Source: Neoechinorhynchus agilis (lineage: Eukaryota; Animalia; Acanthocephala). From it: 64,000 nucleotides of DNA. Shown piece after piece: positions 22,670 to 34,727 of this stretch. The stretch covers positions 2,842,151 to 2,906,150 of the forward strand of contig CM121341.1 in assembly GCA_051530055.1 (NCBI GenBank). The letters run 5' to 3'. Below the pieces are notes generated by a model. It saw only the letters and a list, made by a program, of their open reading frames with translations. It searched no databases and was not told where the DNA came from. Numbering within the stretch: position 1 is the stretch's first letter; the number at the start of each line of letters is the position of its first letter. The translations under genes were made by a program, and so were the position numbers.

Positions 22670-25600
22670 ATTAATTAATAATAGCACGGCTCATTTGTTG
22701 ATTTACAAAGAAGAGGACCCATGTACCTTTGGGTCCCCATAAGCATTCTGGTTCATAATTGTTCAAAGAAAGCGTATCCGTTAGGATGGGAATATCCAGT
22801 CGACGGATGTCCGTTCGGAAGGTAATATCTGGTCGGAGGGCTGTCTATTCGAATGGGACTATAAAGTCGGGCGACGTTCGTTCGAGTGAGAATTTGTCCG
22901 TTCGTTCGAGTGAGAATTTGTCCGTTCGTTTGAGAATATCCGGTTGGGTTGGAAGGTTCGCTCGGGTGGGAATTGGTGTTTATTGCTTCCGGGAGTGCTT
23001 ATAAGGTTGGTCTTTCCTCAGAATCATTCCACGTTATGATATCCGAGAGCGAAGGATTTATTTGATCGCCTAAATTACTGCTTGAGATATAATAATAACA
23101 CGTTTATTGTTGAAAATATCCTCATAAGCATTCAAGTCCATAATTGTTCAAAGAAAGCGTATCCGTTAGGATAGGAATATCCAGTCGAGGGATGTCCGTT
23201 CGGGTTGTAATATCTGGTCGGAGGGCTGTCTATTCGGGCCGGGCTATAAAGTCGGGCGACGTTCGTTCGGGTGAGAATTTGTCCGTTCGTTCGAGAATAT
23301 CCGGTTGGGTTGGAAGGCTCGTTCGGGTGGGAATTGGTGTTTATTGCTTCCGGGAGTGCTTGTAAGGTTGGTCTTTCCTCAGAATCATTCCACGTTATGA
23401 TATCCGAGAGCGCGGGTTTTATTTGATCCCTAAATTACTGCTTAAGATATAATAATAACACGTTTATTGTTGAAAATACAAAGATAGAGTAGGAGGACCC
23501 ATGTACCTTTGGGTCCTCATAAGCATTCTGGTTCATAATTGTTCAAAGAAAGCGTATCCGTTAGGATAGGAATATCCAGTCGATGGATGACCTTTCGGGT
23601 GGTAACATCTGTTCGGAGGGCTGTCTATTCGAGCGGGGCTATAAAGTCGGGCAACGTTCGTTCTGGTGAGAATTTGTCCGTTCGTTCGAGAATATCCGGT
23701 TGGGTTGGAAGGTTCGTTCTGGTGGGAATTGGTGTTTATTGCTTCCGGGAGTGCTTGTAAGGTTGGTCTTTCCTCAGAATCATTCCACGTTATGATATCC
23801 GAGAGCGCAGGTTTTATTTGATCGCCTAAATTACTGCTTAAGATATAATAATAACACGTTTATTGTTGAAAATACAAAGAAAGAATAGGAGGACCCATGT
23901 ACCTTTGGGTCCTCATAAGCATTCAAGTTCATAATTGTTCAAAGAAAGCGTATCCGTTAGGATGGGAATATCCAGTCGACGGATGTCCGTTCGGGTGGTA
24001 ATATCTGGTCGGAGGGCTGTCTATTCGAATGGGACTATAAAGTCGGGCGACGTTCGTTCGTGTGAGAATTTGTCCGTTCGTTTGAGAATATCCGGTTGGG
24101 TTGGAAGGTTCGTTCTGGTGGGAATTGGTGTTTATTGTTCGTAGGAGCGCTTGTAAGGTTGGTCTTTCCTCAGAATCATTTCACGTTATGATATCCGAGA
24201 GCGCAGGTTTTATTTGATCGCCTAAATTACTGCTTAAGATATAATAATAACACGTTTATTGTTGAAAATACAAAGAAAGAATAGGAGGACCCATGTACCT
24301 TTGGGTCCTCATAAGCATTCAAGTTCATAATTGTTCAAAGAAAGCGTATCCGTTAGGATGGGAATATCCAGTCGACGGATGTCCGTTCGGGTGGTAATAT
24401 CTGGTCGGAGGGCTGTCTATTCGAATGGGACTATAAAGTCGGGCGACGTTCGTTCGGGTGAGAATTTGTCCGTTCGTTTGAGAATATCCGGTTGGGTTGG
24501 AAGGTTCGTTCGGGTGGGAATTGGTGTTTATTGCTTCCGGGAGTGCTTGTAAGGTTGGTCTTTCCTCAGAATCATTCCACGTTATGATATCCGAGAGCGC
24601 AGGTTTTATTTGATCGCCTAAATTACTGCTTAAGATATAATAATAACACGTTTATTGTTGAAAATACAAAGAAAGAATAGGAGGACCCATGTACCTTTGG
24701 GTCCTCATAAGCATTCAAGTTCATAATTGTTCAAAGAAAGCGTATCCGTTAGGATGGGAATATCCAGTCGACGGGTGTCCGTTCGGGTGGTAATATCTGG
24801 TCGGAGGGCTGTCTATTCGAATGGGACTATAAAGTCGGGCGACGTTCGTTCGGGTGAGAATTTGTCCGTTCGTTTGAGAATATCCGGTTGGGTTGGAAGG
24901 TTCGTTCGGGTGGGAATTGGTGTTTATTGTTCGAGGAGCGCTTGTAAGGTTGGTCTTTCCTCAGAATGATTTCACGTCATGATATCCGAGAGCGCAGGTT
25001 TTATTTGATCGCCTAAATTACTGCTTAAGATATAATAATAACACGTTTATTGTTGAAAATACAAAGAAAGAATAGGAGGACCCATGTACCTTTGGGTCCT
25101 CATAAGCATTCAAGTTCATAATTGTTCAAAGAAAGCGTATCCGTTAGGATGGGAATATCCAGTCGACGGGTGTCCGTTCGGGTGGTAATATCTGGTCGGA
25201 GGGCTGTCTATTCGAATGGGACTATAAAGTCGGGCGACGTTCGTTCGGGTGAGAATTTGTCCGTTCGTTTGAGAATATCCGGTTGGGTTGGAAGGTTCGT
25301 TCGGGTGGGAATTGGTGTTTATTGCTTCCGGGAGCGCTTGTAAGGTTGGTCTTTCCTCAGAATCATTTCACGTTATGATATCCGAGAGCGCAGGTTTTAT
25401 TTGATCGCCTAAATTACTGCTTAAGATATAATAATAACACGTTTATTGTTGAAAATACAAAGAAAGAATAGGAGGACCCATGTACCTTTGGGTCCTCATA
25501 AGCATTCAGGTTCATAATTGTTCAAAGAAAGCGTATCCGTTAGGATGGGAATATCCAGTCGACGGGTGTCCGTTCGGGTGGTAATATCTGGTCGGAGGGC

Positions 25601-26780
25601 TGTCTATTCGAATGGGACTATAAAGTCGGGCGACGTTCGTTCGGGTGAGAATTTGTCCGTTCGTTTGAGAATATCCGGTTGGGTTGGAAGGTTCGTTCGG
25701 GTGGGAATTGGTGTTTATTGCTTCCGGGAGCGCTTGTAAGGTTGGTCTTTCCTCAGAATCATTTCACGTCATGATATCCGAGAGCGCAGGTTTTATTTGA
25801 TCGCCTAAATTACTGCTTAAGATATAATAATAACACGTTTATTGTTGAAAATACAAAGAAAGAATAGGAGGACCCATGTACCTTTGGGTCCTCATAAGCA
25901 TTCAAGTTCATAATTGTTCAAAGAAAGCGTATCCGTTAGGATGGGAATATCCAGTCGACGGATGTCCGTTCGGGTGGTAATATCTGGTCGGAGGGCTGTC
26001 TATTCGAATGGGACTATAAAGTCGGGCGACGTTCGTTCGGGTGAGAATTTGTCCGTTCGTTTGAGAATATCCGGTTGGGTTGGAAGGTTCGTTCGGGTGG
26101 GAATTGGTGTTTATTGTTCGTAGGAGCGCTCGTAAGGTTGGTCTTTCCTCAGAATCATTTCACGTCATGATATCCGAGAGCGCAGGTTTTATTTGATCGC
26201 CTAAATTACTGCTTAAGATATAATAATAACACGTTTATTGTTGAAAATACAAAGAAAGAATAGGAGGACCCATGTACCTTTGGGTCCTCATAAGCATTCA
26301 GGTTCATAATTGTTCAAAGAAAGCGTATCCGTTAGGATGGGAATATCCAGTCGACGGATGTCCGTTCGGGTGGTAATATCTGGTCGGAGGGCTGTCTATT
26401 CGAATGGGACTATAAAGTCGGGCGACGTTCGTTCGGGTGAGAATTTGTCCGTTCGTTTGAGAATATCCGGTTGGGTTGGAAGGTTCGTTCGGGTGGGAAT
26501 TGGTGTTTATTGTTCGAGGAGCGCTTGTAAGGTTGGTCTTTCCTCAGAATCATTTCACGTTATGATATCCGAGAGCGCAGGTTTTATTTGATCGCCTAAA
26601 TTACTGCTTAAGATATAATAATAACACGTTTATTGTTGAAAATATCCTCATAAGCATTCAAGTTCATAATTGTTCAAAGAAAGCGTATCCGTTAGGATGG
26701 GAATATCCAGTCGAGGGATGTCCGTTCGGGTGGTAATATCTGGTCGGAGGGCTGTCTATTCGGGCGACGTTTGTTCGGGT
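22670..26780 (-). repeat. Tandem array of ~10.3 x 396-bp units (amplified 3' end of a CR1/L2-like LINE)
   Basis: Repeated ORF starts at 22759, 23144, 23539, 23935, 24331, 24727, 25122, 25518, 25914 and 26310 (mostly 395-396 bp spacing); most units carry the hairpin GAGGACCCA-tgtacctt-TGGGTCCTC. Confidence 0.97.
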
Positions 26781-27100
26781 AGGCGATATGTGGAAGAAAT
26801 TGTGGTTGTAGGATTGAGAGGCGTTTCGATTGTTTTATGAAAATTTGATTAAGGTATTCGGTGAGAGGAGGAAAGTCAGCTTTGGAAATTTTAGATGTTT
26901 TTTATGAAACATTTCAGGACGACGGATTTGAGATTTGGAAATGTTGCAAAATACGGGATGACCGTAGACGAGGGAAGGTAAAATAAAGCAGAAGTAACAT
27001 TTGTAGAGTTCGTGTGACCGTAAAATCAAAGTCCAACTGCTGCTTGTAGTTTCGCCAACTCTTTTTTTCCTTCTAAAAGGGGCGGAAAATCGCTGCTTTA
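26780..27100 (-). mobile_element. CR1/L2-like LINE ORF2 C-terminal fragment leading into the 396-bp array
   Basis: LY....ILPSLVYGHPVFCNISKSQIRRPEMFHKKHLK matches the LYxxxIxPxLxYxxPVW...L.RLE motif of CR1/L2 ORF2. Confidence 0.7.
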
Positions 27101-27441
27101 GCATTATCCTTCTTGGCCACTTCCTTAGGATCGTCCCCCGTCAACAACTGCTCCAATAGTTGTTGCTGTTGATTTAGAATGGTTCGCAATAACTCCTTCT
27201 CGTCCCCAGTTTGGTTTTTTTACTGGCGCACATGATATCGAGCATCGTCAAAATTAATACGATAGATTTCCCCACAGGTCGCAATACCGCGAATTCCGCA
27301 GAAATGTTGATTTCATCTTCGAAAGTTGCCGAGTCTTAAGAAAAAACCCAAATCCTTCTGGATAGCCTTAAAAAATCAGGAAGAAGCGGAACTTGAGTAC
27401 GATTTCGGCTAAATTTCTAATAAATCGTCTGCTTGTAAGAC

Positions 27442-29528
27442 ATGGAAGTAAATCATTGTCATTTAGTTGTGGGCCCGCCTGGATCCGGTAAGACGACTTA
27501 CTGCTTTGCCATGCTGGTAAGCTTATCTCAAGTTTAAAAATTGATGAAATCTTTTTTAAAATCAGGAAATTTTGAATACACTTGGCCGTAGAGCCATAAT
27601 AGTAAATTTGGATCCAGGAACAGAATCTACGACCTTAGAGTACCATATTGACATCCGTGAGTTTCGTCGAGTTGAACAAGTGATGAAGGAAAAAGATATT
27701 GGTCCTAATTGTGCGATGTTGCATTGTATGAAAGATGTTGCTGACCAATCTGATTGGTTAAGGAAATCCTTGGAGAAGTTCAACGGATATTATGCGATCT
27801 TTGATTGCCCAGGGCAGGTTCACATTTCGGATCTTCATACTCAAAATTTAACGAATATTTAGGCAGAACTGTACGTTTCATGCGAATCAATGTGCAAAAT
27901 TATTACACATTTAAGCAATTGGAATTATCGAATTTGTTGCTTAAATCTGATCGATTCCGTCTACATCAACGAACCGATGCAATTCATTTCTGCTACATTA
28001 ATGAGTCTCTCAACAATGTTGCATTTAAGGGTTTTATTTTGAATTTATCTTCTAGGTGTTCAAAATAAAACAAATGGAGTTGCCACATTTAAATGTTCTG
28101 ACTAAATTAGATATGTTAAGTATCATTAAAACGGAAACGTCACAAATGTACAGCGCTGAATTTTATTTGGAAACACTTGATCAAAAAAGAATGATTGATG
28201 AAAACAAGCCCATTGGCAGGATCCTAAAGCCGATTTGTGACGTTCTGGACGCCTATTCGCTCGTTACTTATACGGTAGTTGATGTTAAGGTATTTCAATT
28301 TTCATACTTTTGGCTATTTTGGAAGAAGAAAAAATTATTTTGTTCAATTGCGTACTATTATGTTTTTAATTATTTTTATTTCTAAATCAAATCATAGCTT
28401 TTATGTCAAGTATCGTAATTTTTTTAAGATTTTCTGTTAATTGATCATTGATGCCAGTTGCCCTTTTGTCTGTAATGAAATTTTTTTAATGTCTATTCTG
28501 AGAAAAAAATGTACTAAAAATATCCATTAGGTAGTTCAAAGCAGCCCAAATTGTATTAAGTATTGCAAAAATATAGAATATAAAAATGCTTTTCAAATTT
28601 GAATTTTTTAAAAAATATGATATGTGTTTTTTAACAATCTAAATTATGAACTTTGAGAGTACTTCATTATAATCAAGCTGTCCTAGTAAAAATGTTACAA
28701 ATAACAAATAAAATTTTTTAAACCTATTTGTACAAAACACTAAACTTTCACTCGATTTAGTTTTTAGTTCTAGTAAAATGTCTTTTATCAAATCCGCATT
28801 AGCCATACGTTATGATTGTTCGGCAGCTTCCTTGATGGCCACGGCATTTCCGCGTTGGATCGCCGCGTTGATTCGCTGCAACAGGAAGCTGCTGGAGCGC
28901 ATGTCGCATGCGTACTTCATTATTTTATAAACATTTTTAATGACGCTCCTAATATTATATAATATTTGATCAAATGTTAATATTCAACAAATTATAAAGC
29001 TAGCTTTACATATACTTCTTATATAGAAATTTGTTGCAAATAAAAATTTCGAATTTATTTTTCTACGACTTAGTAATTGCTCATCTACCTAAAATTTAGA
29101 GTTAGAACCACTTTTAAAGACGAAAACTCATCGGTGACAGTTTTATAAAAATTAGTATGGCAGGTAAATTATTCTAGTCGCAAACAAAGAATAATGTAGG
29201 GCAAATGAAAAATATCGTATACCTTTTGAGTTAATAAACTGTTCTTCTTACGATTCAAAAGTTCGCTAACTTTTATAAATTAAGTTCGATTTCGGGTTAA
29301 TAATTATTTTGTTTTAAAGTCCTTCAGATACCAATCTTTTGTGATATTTCTGTTTAGAACACGGAATCACTTCTCAATTTGTTGGGCCAAATCGATAACT
29401 GTACCGGATATGTCGAAGATGAAGCACGTAGCGTAAACTTCATTGTCAACTCGACTTCGGTGAAAAGAAGGCAAAAAGATTTCGAGATTATGCAATTATA
29501 CATGAACGGTAGTCCAAATGAAGAATAA
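27442..29528 (+). CDS. GPN2: GPN-loop GTPase 2, multi-exon
   Basis: VVGPPGSGKTTYC, VNLDP, IGPN, FDCPGQV, LPHLNVLTKLD; last exon tttag|AAC at 29358 (NTESLLNLLGQIDNCTGY...EE*). Confidence 0.85.
28805..28920 (-). mobile_element. CRE-like 3' end fragment in the last GPN2 intron; diverged inverted relative of the 314-bp array unit
   Basis: Minus strand reads MKYACDMRSSSFLLQRINAAIQRGNAVAIKEAAEQS*. Confidence 0.75.
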
Positions 29529-29974
29529 AATGCGATTTTCTAAAAAATAATTCTTTTCCATTGTTTCTAAGTGCCTAATAAGAAACTCTCCGATCAGAAT
29601 TTTCTTTTAGGACTTCCATGTGAAAAAATCAATTTCAATTCACACAAAAGCTTTATACAAAACGGTATTCTAAGACTGTGACAGTTACAAGAATTTATTA
29701 ATAAATAAAGCTTCCACAATTGGTAAATTCCAAATAAACATAAATTCTAATAAAATTGTTATTGAAAGAGAATTTCGTCGAAATTACAAATGTAAGATCG
29801 AAACTTTATTGTGCAACTGAAAGATTTTTAAATACACTAAAGTTTACCACGAAAAATTTTAATTTCTGGAAAGCGAACTAAATGGAACTTTTAAGCCTCC
29901 ATGACGAATCTTTAATATGAACGCAATACAAAATGAACACTTAAAAAATTGATGCAATTATTTACCTTTTATGG

Positions 29975-31287
29975 AACGTAACTAGCATTATGTTGAGTTT
30001 GTGAAGTTATTAAAAAACTTGCGAATCACAGCTTATTTCCTTTTCACGACTGGGAAAGATGCTGAAATATGGCATCGGCGATATGCACTCCAGCAGCTTC
30101 CGGATGCAGCGAATCAGCGCGGCGATCCAACGCGGCAATGCAACGGCCATCGAGGAAGCTGCCAAACAATCATGACCACAAAGCGATGCTTCAGGAGGCT
30201 GAGGCCTTAAAAATTCGCAATGAAGATTTTACAAAAATCGAGTGTTTTACCATTCGCTTCTGGGAATTATTTTTTTTTGTTGAAATTCAGCGTAATTAGC
30301 ATTATGTTGAGTTTGTGAAGTTATTAAAAAACTTGCGAATCACAACTTATTTCCTTTTCACGACTGGGAAAGATGCTGAAATATGGCATCGGCGATATGC
30401 ACTCCAGCAGCTTCCGGATGCAGCGAATCAGCGCGGCGATCCAACGCGGCAATGCAACGGCCATCGAGGAAGCTGCCAAACAATCATGACCACAAAGCGA
30501 TGCTTCAGGAGGCTGAGGCCTTAAAAATTCGCAATGAAGATTTCTATAAAACTCGAGTGTGTTACAATTCGCCGTTAGAATTATTTTTTTTGTTGAAATT
30601 CAACGTAATTAGCATTATGTTGAGTTTGTGAAGTTATTAAAAAACTTGCGAATCACAGCTTATTTTCTATTCACGACTGGGAAAGATGCTGAAATATGGC
30701 ATCGGCGATATGCACTCCAGCAGCGTCCGGATGCAGCGAATCAGCGCGGCGATCCAACGCGGCAATGTTACGGCCATCGAGGAAGCTGCCAAACAATCAT
30801 GACGACAATGCAATGCTCGAGAAGATGAAGCCTTAAAAATTCGCAATGAAGATTTCTACAAAAATCGAGTGTTTTACCATTCGCTTCTGGGAATTATTTA
30901 TTTTGTTAAAATTCAACGTAATTAGCATTATGTTGAGTTTGTGAAGTTATTAAAAAACTTGCGAATCACAGCTTATTTCCTTTTCACGACTGGGAAAGAT
31001 GCTGAAATATGGCATCGGCGATATGCTCTCCAGCAGCTTCCGGATGCAGCGAATCAGCGCGGCGATCCAACGCGGCAATGCTACGGCCATCGAGGAAGGT
31101 GCCAAACAATCATGACGACAATGCAATGCTCGAGAAGATGAAGCCTTAAAAATTCGCAATGAAGATTTCTACAAAAATCGAGTGTTTTACCATTCGCTTC
31201 TGGGAATTATTTATTTTGTTGAAATTCAACGTAATTAGCATTATGTTGAGTTTGTGGAGCTATTAAAAAACTTGCGAATCACAGCTA
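29975..31287 (+). repeat. Tandem array of ~4.2 x 313-314-bp units built on a CRE-like 3' end
   Basis: Unit starts 30001, 30315, 30628, 30941 and 31254; an unlisted frame in each unit reads KYGIGDMHSSSFRMQRISAAIQRGNATAIEEAAKQS*. Confidence 0.93.
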
Positions 31288-31540
31288 AAATGAGAAATAT
31301 TAATAAAAAATTCACAAATGGTCCGAAAAACGAAAGAGAAATGATTTTTAATTTGAATAATCGTATAAAAATACTACGAAATTATATACTACTCAAACAA
31401 TAGGAAATCTTAACCCTGATTTTGGTGGCCATGATTTTTTAATAAACATTGATTTTCGTTCAGAAATATCGCGATCATTTTATTCTTTCGTCTTTCCTTA
31501 GAATGGGAAACTTGTATTTAAAACCTTTTACGATATCGCA

Positions 31541-32356
31541 ATGTCCACGTTATGGCTTGGCTGCCACAATTCCCGGTTAAAATGTCTTCGTGAGCCGGAA
31601 AAAGAACTTGAGATTATCTCGGACAACCTTGAGAGGACCGAAGCGGTCAGCGTTATTGTTCCCGGTCCGTATTATGGCCGTAGGTCCGGGAAAGTCGGTA
31701 AGATTTCCGGCTCAAAATCAAAGGACCTATTCGAAATCGGCGAATCCGTTCGTGGGTTGGCTCATAGAAGTGAAGGTCTCTTCGCCTGTGGAATTAACGA
31801 TCTCTTCTTTAAAGGAGAACCTCTAAACGGATTCAATGACGGCTCGAACATTAGGAAAATGAAGCAAATATCCAATAATCAGTTAGCGATCGCCAGTGAT
31901 CGATTACGCGTTTGGGACATGGAATCTTCAACAATGAGCTATTCGTCCCGTTCAACTCAATCCGAAATTGTCGATCTTACAAATTCTGAGAAACTGTTAA
32001 CCGTTGCTCTCAGTTCAGGAGGACTGTTAGTTTATTCGATTGAAAGCGAGAAACCCGTCATTCGATTGCCCGAAGTGTCTTTTGCTCGATCCCTGTTTTC
32101 CGTTGGCCAATTCGATCGAATATTGATTGGCACGGGGACTGGACGTGTCTTTGAGCTCGACCTTCGATTCACGAAACAACCAAAACGATCTTTTAAAGGA
32201 GCCGCTGGGAGTATCCGGGCTTTGAATATTTGGAAGGATCGATATGTCGTCAGTGGCGGCTTGGAAGGAATCCTAAGGATCCATTCTCTTGATGATGGCA
32301 CTTTAAACAGAGAATTTAATTGCTTTTCCCGGATTGAATGCATTTGTTGTTCTTAG
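31541..32356 (+). CDS. WDR74: WD40 ribosome-biogenesis protein, WDR74/NSA1-like, intronless
   Basis: LWLGCHNSRLK start, IGTGTGRVFELDLR, FKGAAGSIRAL, VVSGGLEGILRIH, C-terminal SRIECI. Confidence 0.65.
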   Translation: MSTLWLGCHNSRLKCLREPEKELEIISDNLERTEAVSVIVPGPYYGRRSGKVGKISGSKSKDLFEIGESVRGLAHRSEGLFACGINDLFFKGEPLNGFNDGSNIRKMKQISNNQLAIASDRLRVWDMESSTMSYSSRSTQSEIVDLTNSEKLLTVALSSGGLLVYSIESEKPVIRLPEVSFARSLFSVGQFDRILIGTGTGRVFELDLRFTKQPKRSFKGAAGSIRALNIWKDRYVVSGGLEGILRIHSLDDGTLNREFNCFSRIECICCS

Positions 32357-32950
32357 ATGCTTGAGGCCTTCGAATCTGTATCTACATGACAAGTAAATCT
32401 TCGTCTTAGATTTTGTATATTTTTTCAAGAAAATTACCATCGAGAATTCTCTCCTTTTTTCATCTTCGTTCAATGACAAGCCAATGAAAGTTTTCGATGC
32501 ATCCCAAATCTTCTTCTCTCGATATTTCACGGTAAATAGTCTACTGAATGACTTCAAAAAACGGTTATTTATTTAAAAAGTATGCCTTACAAATTTCAAA
32601 ATATTATATTTTATTTAATGCAAAGTTCTTACAATCGAGAATTCTCTCCTTTTTCATCTTTATTCAATGACAAGCCAAAGAAGAGGAAAAATGTACCTCT
32701 GAGTTGTGAGATCTTTAACAGAGAGAAATTCTTATTGATAGATTTGCAATCAAAGAATCAGACAATAAATTTTTTTAAAGAATTGAAATAATTTTTCGAT
32801 GGATTTCCTTATTTTATCACTTTTAATTGAATTTTGTACCGAAATCGGAAAGACGGAATTCAGCGTAATAATAACACATTTTACGGTTCAGAGTAGAGGA
32901 GGTTTAACTGAACGTGAGAAAGTTGATGGTTATTGGGTTTTGTTATTTCC

Positions 32951-33194
32951 TCAATTTTAATCCTCCGGACATGCAATTAGTGCATTGATTAATTTTTAAT
33001 AAAGATAATTCGCCAACATTTTTGTCAATTAGACTAATCGTTCATCTCCCATATACACAACTGTAGCACCCGACCTTTTCTTCATGTCAATTCTTCGTTG
33101 GCGATTAGAAACTGAGAATCTATCTGCTCGGCAAAGACTCCTACGTCGATTGGAATTAATCCGGATGTATTTAATGGGTGTAACCTTATTGCTT
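32951..33194 (+). repeat. 244-bp direct repeat, copy 1 (copy 2 at 34728-34971)
   Basis: tcaattttaatcctcc...gtaaccttattgctt twice, 1777 bp apart. Confidence 0.93.
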
Positions 33195-33629
33195 ATAAAA
33201 AAAGTTTTTAGCTGCTTTCAATTGTATGGTTCGGGTTCGCTGGATTCTCGTGGTTCGGGGATCTCTATATCAGATGCCAAGAATATCAAAATATTCCTAA
33301 AATTTCATTTATTAAAGCGTTTATTTGAACATTTGAGCCAACCTGGCTTTCGCAAATATATTGCTCAAATATCCAAAAAGGTCTTATTATTGTTTTTAAA
33401 GAAGTTACCCTTTTTTTATTAGAATTGTAATTCTCGTTCACATATCAAATATGTTGTATGCAGTTTAAATTTATGTAAATGACATGTATTTTTAATTTTT
33501 ATCTTTGGTCAATTTGTCAAAAAGGAGACGTTGTCACGTTTATTCATTATTTTTTACTTTATCCTTAGTCATTTTCGCTTTTTCGGTTTTTTATACAAAA
33601 AAAATATATAAAATAGTCAAATTTTCTGA

Positions 33630-34485
33630 CACAGGTTGGCGACAGGCTACTTTTCCCACGGCTTATGGTGGTTTGGGAGTTCGCACCACTTCAGACGTCG
33701 CTTTACCTGCCTTCCTCTCCTCTTGCCGGGCAAGTAAAGTCTATGTCGATGCCATTTTAGGCACATCACTGAAGGATGCGATCTTTGAAACAGGATTATC
33801 TCAATGGCATCAATTGACAGGCATCAACCAGCTCCCCGCAAATGAATGCAAACAGTCGTCTTGGGACATTCCTCTTGTTCAGAAGATTCACAACTCTTTC
33901 AAAGATCTTCTGGATGAGGTGTCTCAGGTCCGGTTGGTAGCCTGCTCCACGAAGGAGTCGGGAGCGTGGCTGAATGCTCTCCCTGTTGGGAAACTTGGAA
34001 ATCTCCTTGCTGATTCAATCGTCAGGATCGCAGTATCCTTGAGATTAGGTCTAGCGATTTGCATCCCGCATCGCTGCCGCTGCGGCACTATAGTGGACTC
34101 TTCGGGGAGACCGTTGGCAAACTCCAACATCAGCCACTCGAAAAAAGGTCCAGGAGGAGCGGCGACGGCTGCAGAGGAGCGGAAATGCTCGAAATACCGG
34201 GAGCTAATCCGAAACTACCATTTGTTCCCTTCGGTGTGGAAACGTACCTTGGGAGGGTCGGCACTAGCCCCCGTGAAGGACTTGGGGAAACGAATCAACG
34301 CAGCGACTGGAGAGCCAAGGTCGACTTCGTTCTTATCGCAAAAAATTAGGATTGCGGTGCAGCGGTGCAATGCGGCTAGCATTTTGGCAAGCGCCGGTGA
34401 ATGGGAGCGTTGATCATCTGAATTGGAAGTATAAAAGTTCATGAGCCACTTGTTAAATTTGATCGTAAAAAAATTAAATAAAAAA
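33630..34485 (+). mobile_element. 5'-truncated CRE-like retrotransposon (post-RT, Zn-knuckle and RLE region, A-rich tail)
   Basis: WRQATFPTAYGGLGVR, ESGAWLNALP, RIAVSLRLG..C.PHRCRCG, AATAAEERKCSKY, GEPRSTSFLSQKIRIAVQRCNAASIL; internal deletion removes part of the RLE. Confidence 0.88.
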
Positions 34486-34504
34486 GCATAGGAAGCGAAA
34501 AAAA

Positions 34505-34537
34505 CTGAAGAGGTAAGCAAAAAGCTTACGAAATATT
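34505..34537 (+). ncRNA. Hammerhead catalytic core lacking stem I
   Basis: CTGAAGA-G-GTAAGC(aaaaa)GCTTAC-GAAA-TA-TT; perfect 6-bp stem II; flanks pair by only ~1 bp. Confidence 0.45.
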
Positions 34538-34727
34538 TAAAATAAATGATCAATACAAAAAAAATGATAATATCGTAAAATAAGTTTTGGCAATTTATAA
34601 ACGACTTCGACCGGTCTAATTGTTATCACAGAAACCGTCGACAATTTAAGATTTCTTTTTGCAATTTGTTCATTTAAAAGTATGACTGTCTATTTTCTTA
34701 GAATTAAAATATCTTCAAAAATGACTT

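Noticed and set aside
8024-26591. Repeated 'MFKESVSVRMG...' ORFs as a tandem gene family
   Set aside because: They start at TTG, vary in length and stop position, and are the antisense reading of the LINE 3' repeat.
22670-26780. CRISPR array, rDNA/5S or spliced-leader array
   Set aside because: Units are whole-length near-identical with no unique spacers; no 5S, tRNA or snRNA motifs were recognised; the context is eukaryotic with no cas genes.
26835-27104. Gag-type zinc knuckle (CYFC...GHPVFC)
   Set aside because: Better explained as the LYxxxILPxLxYxxPVW motif of CR1/L2 ORF2.
29975-31287. SL-RNA gene array (CRE elements target these in trypanosomes)
   Set aside because: A donor-like aac|gtaatt and a T-run exist, but in the wrong order and spacing for an SL RNA; the unit is explained by a CRE C-terminus.
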